A stretch of DNA of 64,000 bases, from the NCBI GenBank assembly GCA_041688005.1, contig JBDNJA010000113.1:537-64536 (forward strand), written 5' to 3'. A program made the translations under genes and the position numbers. Position 1 is the first letter of the stretch, and each line of letters starts with the position of its first letter. Origin of the DNA: Gammaproteobacteria bacterium (GTDB lineage Bacteria > Pseudomonadota > Gammaproteobacteria > GCA-001735895). This document shows positions 29,593-38,141 of this stretch, in pieces. The notes below the pieces were generated by a model, which saw only the letters and a program-made list of their open reading frames with translations, was not told the DNA's origin and made no database searches.

Positions 29593-29838
29593 GCGACAGG
29601 GCTAGTAACACAAATAGTTGAAGATGCTGAACTGGAATCAACCGTTTTAGGGCTCGCAACCAAACTAGCCACCTTCCCTCCGGTTGGTATGAAGAATATA
29701 AAGCATTCATTCAATGCTGCCTTGGAGGCCAGCTTAACTTCAACCCTAGAATTAGAATCGAAGTTTGATCTGGAATGCTACCAGTCAACTGAAACTCGCC
29801 AGGCACTAAAGGCGTTTATTGATTCAAGGCGTAAATAG
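29593..29838 (+). pseudogene. Enoyl-CoA hydratase/isomerase (crotonase) C-terminal remnant, about 80 aa with no start
   Basis: The in-frame reading ...GLVTQIVEDAELESTVLGLATKLATFPPVGMKNIKHSFNAALEASLTSTLELESKFDLECYQSTETRQALKAFIDSRRK* is a typical crotonase tail. Confidence 0.6.
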
Positions 29839-29982
29839 GTATCAAGCATAAACAATTGTTCTGGGCTCACAGGCGATAGATTAAGGCATAGCCGATACAG
29901 ACACCTTTACTGATAATATTTTGTACCTCGGAGTACATCGCTTGTAGCTAATCACCCCTATAGACCCAACACACGGACGATA

Positions 29983-30019
29983 CCGTAGGGCGCAATAGCG
30001 AAGCATATTGCGCCGAATG
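29983..30019 (+). repeat. REP-type hairpin CCGTAGGGCGCAATAGCGAAGCATATTGCGCCGAATG
   Basis: 9-bp stem GGCGCAATA/TATTGCGCC with a GTAG head. Related copies lie at 40559-40596 and 40741-40780. Confidence 0.65.
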
Positions 30020-30293
30020 GAAACAACGATTAAAGGAACAATCGACTCTGGCAGATTACAAAAGAAACCACAGTAACAGTTATTGTAGATCCTCACCGTC
30101 AACCTGCCATAACGTTATAGAAATCACTTGCTCATCGAACAAACCGATTTGGCGCTGGTTCGATATTTTTAGTCGGTATGACCTCGCAAGAAATCTATTA
30201 GTTTGATTGCTGAAAACCACCCTGGCTGTTGATAAAAGGGTGGTGAAAATATTTGGCCTGTATTCTCGTTCTCGAGGCTGGTACATTTAGCGA

Positions 30294-31589
30294 ATGATTA
30301 CTTCAAACCTCAAAAACCATCCGCAGCGAATTAGCCTCAATAACGAGGTGCACGCGCGGCCTTATCAAATTATGAGCGCCCCACTGCGGGTGACGCATGT
30401 GGCCTTGCTGTCGGATGATCGTAGTAAAGACCTTCACGCTATTAGAGAACTCTGTGAGCGCTACGGCGTCAATAGACCCAATCAGGACGCCAGATTTTAT
30501 ATCGGCGATTTCCCACTATTTCAACTGCGTTGGGAACGGCACACCGAGTTTTCTACCTATACGATTAGTGAAGCGTGCTCAAACTCAACGCCATTCAAAG
30601 AAACAGTACTGTCGAAGTTACCCATTGAGTGGATTGCGCGCTTGCCTGGTGAAGTGATTACGATGCTAAGCCTTGAGTTGCTTGCTAGACAAGATGATAA
30701 CCAAGCAGAACATCGCGATTTTGATGCGCTATCGGAATTATTCTCGTCGAATACTGTGGCCGGAAGTGAGGTGTCAGATGGCGCGGCTCGAGTTTGGTCC
30801 GACTTTCATATTCATGCCAATGGCTTCAATCGAATTTTGATCGAGAATCACCATTTGCGGCATCGACAGGCGGGGCGTCTGGTGCAACGTATTCTTGAAA
30901 TCGAAACTTATCGAATGTTTGCGCTACTAGGGCTACCACTAGCCAGACAATATTCGCTGGACTTAACCGATTGTGATTCAAGACTGGAAACAGTGACTCA
31001 GAAATTGGCTTTACACAGTGAAGGCGAGAATGAACAACAGTTATTAGATGAGTTAAGCCGGATTGCTGCCAATGTAGAGCATATAGCAGCAACGGGTGGT
31101 TATCGTTTTTCAGCAACCAATGCTTATTATGGCCTGGTTAAGCGTCGGATTAGTGAATTACGTGAAAAGAGAATCGAAGGCGCGCAGTCATTTAACGAAT
31201 TTATGGAGCGACGTCTGGCGCCGGCGGTGCGAACCTGTGAATCAGTATCTGATCGAATGCAGGCATTATCGAATCGTATTGCGCGAGTCAGTGCCTTATT
31301 ACGAACCCGCATTAACATCAATCTGGAGGCTCAAAATCGCGATTTGTTACGCTCGATGGATCGACGAGCAGCGATGCAGTTGCGCTTGCAGGAAATGGTT
31401 GAAGGGTTGTCGGTTGTCGTATTAAGTTACTACAGCGTGGGATTGCTTGGTTATGCGTTAAAGGGCTTGAAGCAATTCGGCGTCAACCTGAATGTTGATT
31501 TAGTGGTTGGCATTTCGGTGCCTGTTATCGTCATCGCAGTATTGGTGGGTTTGCGAATGACTCGTCGTAGGTTAGAAAAAAAAGGTTGA
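30294..31589 (+). CDS. DUF3422-like membrane-anchored protein (two C-terminal TM helices)
   Basis: The N-terminus ...HPQRISLNNEVHARPYQIMSAPLRVTHVALL... matches my recollection of DUF3422 proteins. The C-terminus has hydrophobic segments. Confidence 0.5.
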   Translation: MITSNLKNHPQRISLNNEVHARPYQIMSAPLRVTHVALLSDDRSKDLHAIRELCERYGVNRPNQDARFYIGDFPLFQLRWERHTEFSTYTISEACSNSTPFKETVLSKLPIEWIARLPGEVITMLSLELLARQDDNQAEHRDFDALSELFSSNTVAGSEVSDGAARVWSDFHIHANGFNRILIENHHLRHRQAGRLVQRILEIETYRMFALLGLPLARQYSLDLTDCDSRLETVTQKLALHSEGENEQQLLDELSRIAANVEHIAATGGYRFSATNAYYGLVKRRISELREKRIEGAQSFNEFMERRLAPAVRTCESVSDRMQALSNRIARVSALLRTRININLEAQNRDLLRSMDRRAAMQLRLQEMVEGLSVVVLSYYSVGLLGYALKGLKQFGVNLNVDLVVGISVPVIVIAVLVGLRMTRRRLEKKG

Positions 31590-31766
31590 GCGAGTTAATC
31601 TGTTTAACTATCCATGTAACCTAACCTATGCGGGGCATACTTCTGGTCAGGGTGTTTAATTGGCGGAATACTCCCATGATGATTTTGCTGTGACGCCATT
31701 TCATTAATATAATAAAATGTCGGCTCTCATCCATCAAAATAACTAAATGAAGAAGTTGCAATCGCC

Positions 31767-32240
31767 ATGAGTTTGATCAAGTTAGATGCTATTGACCTTC
31801 GTATTCTGGCCGCTGTCCAGGCACACGGGCGTTTGAGTAAAACGGCGTTGGCTGAGAAGGTTAATCTATCGGCAACACCTTGTTGGACTCGTCTAACACG
31901 ACTGGAGAAAACGGGTGTTATTAGCGGTTATCATGCTGAGATAGCGTTTGGCAAAATTGCCAATGTGGCAACAGTCATGCTGGAAATTTCGCTCAAACAA
32001 CATCGTTATCAGGACTTCGAGCATTTTGAAAAACGAATTTGTGAGATTGATGAAATTGTCGAGTGCATTGCCACTGGTGGTGGCATCGATTACATCATGA
32101 AACTGATAGTACCAAGTATTGCGGCATATCAGGCACTTATCGATAATTTGCTCATCGAAAATATTGGCATAGACCGTTTTTTTACCTACATCGTCACACG
32201 TGAAATCAAGTCGATTAAACGCAGGTTAACTGATTTATAG
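31767..32240 (+). CDS. Lrp/AsnC-family transcriptional regulator
   Basis: LDAIDLRILAAVQAHGRLSKTALAEKVNLSATPCWTRLTRLEKTGVISGY... followed by a RAM domain. Confidence 0.9.
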   Translation: MSLIKLDAIDLRILAAVQAHGRLSKTALAEKVNLSATPCWTRLTRLEKTGVISGYHAEIAFGKIANVATVMLEISLKQHRYQDFEHFEKRICEIDEIVECIATGGGIDYIMKLIVPSIAAYQALIDNLLIENIGIDRFFTYIVTREIKSIKRRLTDL

Positions 32241-32406
32241 CCGGTGTTTCTATCAGCCTGTTCGCTAACAGTCTAAACAGACTGTATATCACTGAAAATC
32301 AATCTGATCATACCACACTGGCGCGCTAATAGAGTCCAGACTGGCGATTCAATCCGAGTATGCTCACTGCTTCGAATTCAATTCAACTAAAAGCAAGAGT
32401 ATTTAT

Positions 32407-33561
32407 ATGAACAATTTTATGGTCGGCGATGTCGGTTTCGGCACGCAGATTCGCAAGTCACCCTATTTCGATGCGACGGTTCGCTGGGGCGCACAGGGCT
32501 TCTCTGTTTACAATCACATGTACATACCTCGTGATTTTGGAGATCCTGTGCAAAATTTCTGGAATTTGGTGAATGAGGCTATTTTGTGCGATGTGGCTGT
32601 CGAGCGACAGGTTCAAATTACAGGACCTGACGCCGCGCAATTTGTTCAATTGCTAACGCCTCGTAATCTCTCCCAGTGTGCAGTTGGTCAGTGCAAATAT
32701 ATTTTGATCACCAATGCCGAAGGGGGTATTTTAAATGACCCCGTTCTACTACGTCTGGCGGTAAACCACTTTTGGATGTCACTTGCTGATAGCGATATTT
32801 TATTGTGGGCGCAGGGCGTTGCGATCAATTCTGGATTGGATGTCACCATCGGTGAACCTGATGTCTCACCCCTGCAGTTACAGGGCCCGAAATCAGGCGA
32901 AGTGATGAAAGCAGTGTTTGGTGACGAGATTGAAGACCTGCCTTATTTCTGGCTGCGAGAGTTTGATTTGAATGGCATGCCTTTGATCATTTCTCGAACA
33001 GGTTGGTCGAGCGAACTTGGATATGAAATCTACTTGCGTGATGGCCGCTATGGCGAAGCACTCTGGGAGCATTTGATGTCAGTGGGTGAGCCACTCGGGC
33101 TGAAGCCAGGGCATACCTCGTCAATACGTCGTATTGAGGGCGGCATGTTGTCCTACCATGCCGATATGGATAGTAATACCAATCCCTACGAGCTAGGCTT
33201 GGGTCGTCTGGTCGATTTAAGTATGGAAGCCGACTTCATTGGTAAAGTGGCACTGAGTAAAATTGAACAGCAGGGCGTTCGCCGTCAACAGGTAGGTATC
33301 GAAATCGATTGTCCTGCGCTGCAAAACCTGAATCCCCGTCGTTGGGTGATTTCCGATGGAGAAGTCGAAGTTGGCTATGTGACCTCTGCCATTTATTCAC
33401 CACGTTTAAAGCGCAACATAGCGCTGGCTATGGTAGATGTTGGGTTTAGCAAAACTGGCACCGCAGGGATGGTTCAGTTGCCATCGGGGCCGGCGCCAAT
33501 AACCGTTGTGCCAAAACCATTTTATGATCCAAAGAAAAGTCTGGCCGGAGGCGGCGCGTAA
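32407..33561 (+). CDS. GcvT-family aminomethyltransferase (tetrahydrofolate-dependent demethylase type, DmdA-like)
   Basis: ...VYNHMYIPRDF...ERQVQITGPDAAQFVQLLTPRNL...GGILNDPVLLRLA...SLADSDILLWAQG...EPDVSPLQLQGP...RTGWSSELGYEIY... Block order and spacing resemble DmdA as I recall it. The substrate cannot be assigned by eye. Confidence 0.6.
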   Translation: MNNFMVGDVGFGTQIRKSPYFDATVRWGAQGFSVYNHMYIPRDFGDPVQNFWNLVNEAILCDVAVERQVQITGPDAAQFVQLLTPRNLSQCAVGQCKYILITNAEGGILNDPVLLRLAVNHFWMSLADSDILLWAQGVAINSGLDVTIGEPDVSPLQLQGPKSGEVMKAVFGDEIEDLPYFWLREFDLNGMPLIISRTGWSSELGYEIYLRDGRYGEALWEHLMSVGEPLGLKPGHTSSIRRIEGGMLSYHADMDSNTNPYELGLGRLVDLSMEADFIGKVALSKIEQQGVRRQQVGIEIDCPALQNLNPRRWVISDGEVEVGYVTSAIYSPRLKRNIALAMVDVGFSKTGTAGMVQLPSGPAPITVVPKPFYDPKKSLAGGGA

Positions 33562-33588
33562 TGGCTCTGATGATAACAGGAGAGAGCA

Positions 33589-34038
33589 ATGTCTGATCTA
33601 TCAGTTGATATTGTCTGGAACAGAACCTCAGCGGAGTTGATGCCGGGTCAATTTTCGAATGCCCATGATGTAAACTACAATCAACAGATTAGAGTGAAGG
33701 CCGATGCGGCACCTGACTGGGGAGGCAATGCGGAATATACCAATCCCGAGCAAGCTTTGGCAGCGGCAGTGAGTAGCTGTCATTTGATGACTTTTCTGGC
33801 GTTAGCTGCAAAAACAAAGTGGTCTGTTGCTTCGTTCACAGATCACGCAGTTGCTCATTTAGGTAAGAATGCCAAAGGTCAAATATCGGTCACGAGAATT
33901 GATTTACATCCAGTGGTTGAGTTTGATTTAGGTTTTAACGTGAGTGCGGATGAGCTACAAAAAATGCATGAAAGAGCGCATCGATATTGCTTCATTGCCA
34001 ATACACTCGATGCTAGTGTTGAAATTAATATTTACTGA
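33589..34038 (+). CDS. OsmC/Ohr-family peroxiredoxin-like protein
   Basis: Size, a conserved Cys context (...AVSSCHLMTFL...) and a second Cys (...AHRYCFIANT...). Confidence 0.7.
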   Translation: MSDLSVDIVWNRTSAELMPGQFSNAHDVNYNQQIRVKADAAPDWGGNAEYTNPEQALAAAVSSCHLMTFLALAAKTKWSVASFTDHAVAHLGKNAKGQISVTRIDLHPVVEFDLGFNVSADELQKMHERAHRYCFIANTLDASVEINIY

Positions 34039-34086
34039 TAACATAGTTGCGTTTGGTAGTCCTGTTAGTCATACGAGGTTGAAGTC

Positions 34087-34911
34087 ATGAGTAATATCAA
34101 AATTAATAACAACGCTAGCGATGAGTTGCTGCTGCAGGAACATTGCGAAGGTGGCATATTGCGACTCACCATGAATGACATGAAACGTCGTAATGCACTG
34201 TCGGAGGAAATGATGGCGGCGCTAGTCGATGCTTTGCAGCAAGCCGAATCGAACGATTCAGTGCGTGTCATTATTCTGGCTGCGAAGGGCCCAGCCTTTA
34301 GTGCCGGCCACGATTTGAAACAAATGACGGCCGAGCGAGCCAATGCAGATAGTGGTCGAAATTATTTCACGCATGTATTGTCGACTTGCTCGGCGTTGAT
34401 GCAGTCATTCGTCAATCATTCGAAACCCATCATCGCCGAGGTGACGGGTGTCGCCACCGCAGCAGGTTGTCAGTTGGTCGCGAGTTGTGACCTGGCAGTA
34501 GCGGCTGAATCGGCATCTTTCAGTACACCAGGTGTTCATATCGGTTTGTTTTGTTCGACGCCGATGGTCGCGTTGTCACGTAATGTATCAAATAAAGCGG
34601 CCATGGAGATGCTGTTAACTGGAGGCATGGTAAGCTCACTAAAGGCTGAAAAAATTGGTTTGGTCAATCAGACTGTGGCGGATGAAAGTCTGACAACAGC
34701 AGCTATGGCAATGGCGTCGACTATTGCCTCAAAGTCAAGTATGACTCTGGCAACTGGGAAAAAAGCATTTTACGAACAACGAGAAATGACTCTATCTGAC
34801 GCCTATGACTATGCATCGCAGGTGATGGTCGACAACATGTTAAAAAATGATGCTGAAGAAGGCATTAATGCCTTTATCGAAAAACGTTCCCCGGAATGGC
34901 AGGACAAGTAA
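34087..34911 (+). CDS. Enoyl-CoA hydratase/isomerase-family protein
   Basis: ...VIILAAKGPAFSAGHDLKQM...IAEVTGVATAAGCQLVASCDLAVAAE... is a crotonase fold. Confidence 0.85.
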   Translation: MSNIKINNNASDELLLQEHCEGGILRLTMNDMKRRNALSEEMMAALVDALQQAESNDSVRVIILAAKGPAFSAGHDLKQMTAERANADSGRNYFTHVLSTCSALMQSFVNHSKPIIAEVTGVATAAGCQLVASCDLAVAAESASFSTPGVHIGLFCSTPMVALSRNVSNKAAMEMLLTGGMVSSLKAEKIGLVNQTVADESLTTAAMAMASTIASKSSMTLATGKKAFYEQREMTLSDAYDYASQVMVDNMLKNDAEEGINAFIEKRSPEWQDK

Positions 34912-34912
34912 C

Positions 34913-36553
34913 GTGACGAATCCATACAATACTGACCTGGATCGAAATCCAGCTAACTTTCAACCGCTGACACCGCTGACATTTCTTGAGCGTGCCGCCA
35001 GTGTTTTCCCCAAGAAAATCGCGATTATTCACGGTCAGCAGCGTCTTAACTACCAGGATTTCTATAGCCGATCTCGACAGCTAGCTTCTTCTCTGGCAAA
35101 GCAGGGCATTGGGCGGGGTGATGCAGTTTCGGTCATGCTTGCGAATACCCCCGCCATGCTGGAGGCACATTACGGGGTTCCAATGTGCGGCGGTGTTTTA
35201 CATTCGATTAATACCCGACTAGACCCGAAAGTAATTGCGTTTCAACTGGAGCATGCTGAGGCCAAGGTTCTTATTGTTGACCGGGAATTCGTTGATACTA
35301 TCGAATCGGCACTAGCGCTTACTAGTGTGACCCCGTTAATAATAGAATATAACGATGTTGAATTTCTCCAGATAGGCGAGACAGGCGCGATAACCGCAGC
35401 GACCGATTACGAACATTTTATTTCTCAGGGTGACGCTGATTTCGAATGGCTAATGCCGGAGGATGAATGGGACGCAATATCAGTTAACTATACCTCTGGC
35501 ACAACCGGTGACCCGAAGGGCGTTGTCTATCATCACCGAGGTGCGTATCTGCTGGCGCAAGGCAATGCGCTCACTGCGTCAATGGTAAAACACTCGGTAT
35601 ATTTATGGACCTTACCCATGTTTCATTGCAATGGCTGGTGCTTTCCATGGACGATGTCAGCGATTAGCGGCACGCATGTTTGCCTGCGCTGGGTCAGGCC
35701 GAAGGCTATGTGGGATGCATTGGCAGATCATCGCGTAACCCATCTTTGTGGTGCGCCTGTAGTCATGTCAACACTGTTATCAGCCGAGCTTGCTGACAAA
35801 CGCGAACTGCATCATGCCGTCGATTTTTTTACCGCCGCTGCACCGCCCCCTGAGCGCATTTTAGCCGATATGAAATCAGCTGGATTCAATGTGACTCACC
35901 TTTATGGTCTAACCGAAACCTATGGGCCTGCGGTCGTTAATGACTGGCATGCCGAGTGGGATGGTTTGGATAGCTCTGCTCAAGCATCGCTCAAAGCGAG
36001 GCAAGGTGTACGATATCTCCCGCTGGAAGGGCTGGATGTTTTTGACACTGATAGCATGAGCCCAGTGCCGAATGATGGCATCACGATTGGCGAAATTATG
36101 TTTCGCGGTAATGTCGTCATGAAAGGTTATCTGAAAAACAGAGCTGCCTGTGATGATGCTTTTGCTGGTGGTTGGTTTCACTCGGGCGATCTGGGGGTTA
36201 AACATCCGGACGGTTATATTCAGATTAAGGATCGTTCGAAAGATATTATTATCTCTGGCGGGGAAAATATTTCGTCGATAGAAATTGAAAATGTTCTGTA
36301 CCAACACCCAGCCGTTTCAGTTGCAGCAGTGGTTGCAATGTCCAGTGAAAAATGGGGTGAAACACCCTGTGCCTTTGTTGAGTTAAAGGCAGATAAAATG
36401 GTGACAGAAGCTGAATTGAGGCAGTGGTGCCGAGATGGTCTAGCATCCTTTAAAGTACCGGGTAAATTTTTATTTACCGATATTCCGAAAACTTCAACAG
36501 GCAAAATTCAGAAATTTCTATTACGGGATCAACTTGGCTCTAGAGTAAAATGA
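34913..36553 (+). CDS. AMP-forming acyl-CoA synthetase (medium/short-chain, AAE7/ACN1-like)
   Basis: AMP-binding motifs VNYTSGTTGDPKGV, LYGLTETYGP, GWFHSGDLG and TSTGKIQK. The start is moved to the in-frame GTG at 34913, 1 nt after the upstream stop. The track start at 34847 overlaps the crotonase gene by 65 nt. Confidence 0.85.
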   Translation: MTNPYNTDLDRNPANFQPLTPLTFLERAASVFPKKIAIIHGQQRLNYQDFYSRSRQLASSLAKQGIGRGDAVSVMLANTPAMLEAHYGVPMCGGVLHSINTRLDPKVIAFQLEHAEAKVLIVDREFVDTIESALALTSVTPLIIEYNDVEFLQIGETGAITAATDYEHFISQGDADFEWLMPEDEWDAISVNYTSGTTGDPKGVVYHHRGAYLLAQGNALTASMVKHSVYLWTLPMFHCNGWCFPWTMSAISGTHVCLRWVRPKAMWDALADHRVTHLCGAPVVMSTLLSAELADKRELHHAVDFFTAAAPPPERILADMKSAGFNVTHLYGLTETYGPAVVNDWHAEWDGLDSSAQASLKARQGVRYLPLEGLDVFDTDSMSPVPNDGITIGEIMFRGNVVMKGYLKNRAACDDAFAGGWFHSGDLGVKHPDGYIQIKDRSKDIIISGGENISSIEIENVLYQHPAVSVAAVVAMSSEKWGETPCAFVELKADKMVTEAELRQWCRDGLASFKVPGKFLFTDIPKTSTGKIQKFLLRDQLGSRVK

Positions 36554-36559
36554 ATTGCC

Positions 36560-37459
36560 TCAATCTCGAGTCAATATATCGTGAACGTCCTGATATTTTT
36601 GCTGGGTTCTGTCGATGATGTTCTGTGGAATACTCGGTGCCGGTGGTGTCTTGTCCCAATCGAGCGTTTCCAGATAATCACGAATAAATTGTTTGTCGTA
36701 GCTGGGTGGACTGATGCCTTTCTGATATTGATCCGCAGGCCAGTATCGAGATGAGTCTGGCGTTAGTATTTCGTCAATCAAGACTAGCCGGTTGTTTTCA
36801 TCGACGCCGAATTCAAATTTAGTGTCGGCAATAATAATGCCTCGCTCACAGGCATAGTCCGAAGCCATTTTGTAGAGTGCAATACTGACGTCTCTAACCT
36901 GATTCGCCAGCTCCTCACCGATAAGCTCAACCGCATCATCGAAACTGATATTGATATCGTGATCCCCAACGGCCGCTTTGCTAGATGGCGTAAAGATAGG
37001 CTCGGCTAATTGCTCGGCCTGCTGTAACCCAATGGGCAATTTGATACCACATAATTCACCAGTCGCCTGGTAATCTTTCCAGCCCGAACCGATGATATAG
37101 CCTCGAACGATAGCCTCGACAGGCAATGTTTTGAGGCGCTTAGCAATGATCGATCTCGATTGAAGTTGCGGTAAGTCTTCGGCAGAAACATAATCTTCAA
37201 GGCGTAAATCGCTGAGATGATTTCGAATGATATGTCCGGTACGTGCAAACCAGAAATTAGAAACCTGGGTCAGTAACGCGCCTTTCTTCGGGATGGTTTG
37301 TGAAAATACTACATCGAATGCCGATAGCCGATCGGTCGATACGATGAGCATGTGTTCATCGTCAATACGATAGATATCGCGTACCTTGCCTCGGGCAATT
37401 AATTCAAGGTTCTTGATATTAGTTTCAAATACAGCTGAGGAAGTGTTTATTGCGTTCAT
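36560..37459 (-). CDS. purC: Phosphoribosylaminoimidazole-succinocarboxamide (SAICAR) synthase
   Basis: ...LIARGKVRDIY...LIVSTDRLSAFD... is a long-form PurC. Confidence 0.9.
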   Translation of the reverse strand: MNAINTSSAVFETNIKNLELIARGKVRDIYRIDDEHMLIVSTDRLSAFDVVFSQTIPKKGALLTQVSNFWFARTGHIIRNHLSDLRLEDYVSAEDLPQLQSRSIIAKRLKTLPVEAIVRGYIIGSGWKDYQATGELCGIKLPIGLQQAEQLAEPIFTPSSKAAVGDHDINISFDDAVELIGEELANQVRDVSIALYKMASDYACERGIIIADTKFEFGVDENNRLVLIDEILTPDSSRYWPADQYQKGISPPSYDKQFIRDYLETLDWDKTPPAPSIPQNIIDRTQQKYQDVHDILTRD

Positions 37460-37646
37460 TGTTATCTATGCTTTCTATAGTTTTCGATAAATGAAGAAGT
37501 GGTGGTTAGAGTCTACAGACATAGATCTAAAGAGGACGGATAGTAGCATATAGAATGGCGATATTCAGATCATCCAAAGCGAATGGTTATTTCTTTTGGA
37601 AAAGGGGTATAATCGCTCGCTTTTTCTAAACGACACGGAGATCACC

Positions 37647-38141
37647 ATGTCGAAATTGAAGGTTGCAGTAGTAATGGGTAGTGACAGCGATTGGCCTGTC
37701 ATGCAATTTGCCGTGGAATATCTGGAACAGTTTGGCATTGAATACGAAGCCAAGGTGGTATCGGCGCATCGTACTCCAGATTTACTCACTGATTTTGGAA
37801 AGTCTGCTCGCGAAAACGGGTTCAGCTGTATTATTGCTGGCGCGGGTGGTGCGGCACACTTGCCTGGCATGTTGGCGGCGAATACGACAATTCCAGTATT
37901 GGGTGTGCCAGTTCCGAGTGAACATTTAAAAGGGCAAGATTCATTATTGTCTATCGTACAAATGCCGAAAGGCATTCCTGTTGCCACGTTTGCTATCGGT
38001 AAAGCGGGTTCAATCAATGCGGCACTTTTTGCTGTGTCAATGTTGTCTGTATTTGATAGCGAAGTTGCAGACAAGCTTGAAGCATTTCGTCAGCAACAAA
38101 AGAATGCCGTATTAGAAATGACCTTACCTCCGGGAAATTAA
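37647..38141 (+). CDS. purE: N5-carboxyaminoimidazole ribonucleotide mutase
   Basis: [19 protein letters not shown]...VSAHRTPD...[13 protein letters not shown]. The start is at the ATG with GGAGA 5-6 nt upstream. Confidence 0.9.
   Translation: MSKLKVAVVMGSDSDWPVMQFAVEYLEQFGIEYEAKVVSAHRTPDLLTDFGKSARENGFSCIIAGAGGAAHLPGMLAANTTIPVLGVPVPSEHLKGQDSLLSIVQMPKGIPVATFAIGKAGSINAALFAVSMLSVFDSEVADKLEAFRQQQKNAVLEMTLPPGN

Noticed and set aside
32268-32285. A perfect 7-bp hairpin ACAGTCT-AAAC-AGACTGT after the Lrp gene.
   Set aside because: It has no following T-run and a short AT-containing stem. It could be a weak terminator or a regulator site, but the evidence is insufficient to annotate it.
34847-34912. 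The ORF-track start of the acyl-CoA synthetase, 65 nt inside the crotonase gene.
   Set aside because: The extra N-terminal 22 aa (MMLKKALMPLSKNVPRNGRTSN) are just the crotonase 3' end read in another frame. An in-frame GTG 1 nt after the crotonase stop gives a normal N-terminus.
37565-38074. 169-aa ORF antisense to purE. Similar cases are the long antisense or alternative-frame ORFs inside coq7 (48251-48751), ubiI (59127-59678), the E1 gene (4926-5543), the TMADH genes and the fusion gene.
   Set aside because: Each lies wholly inside a gene with strong family signatures on the other strand or frame. The translations are low-complexity (Ser/Ala/Arg/Pro-rich) with no recognisable motifs. This is typical shadow-ORF behaviour.
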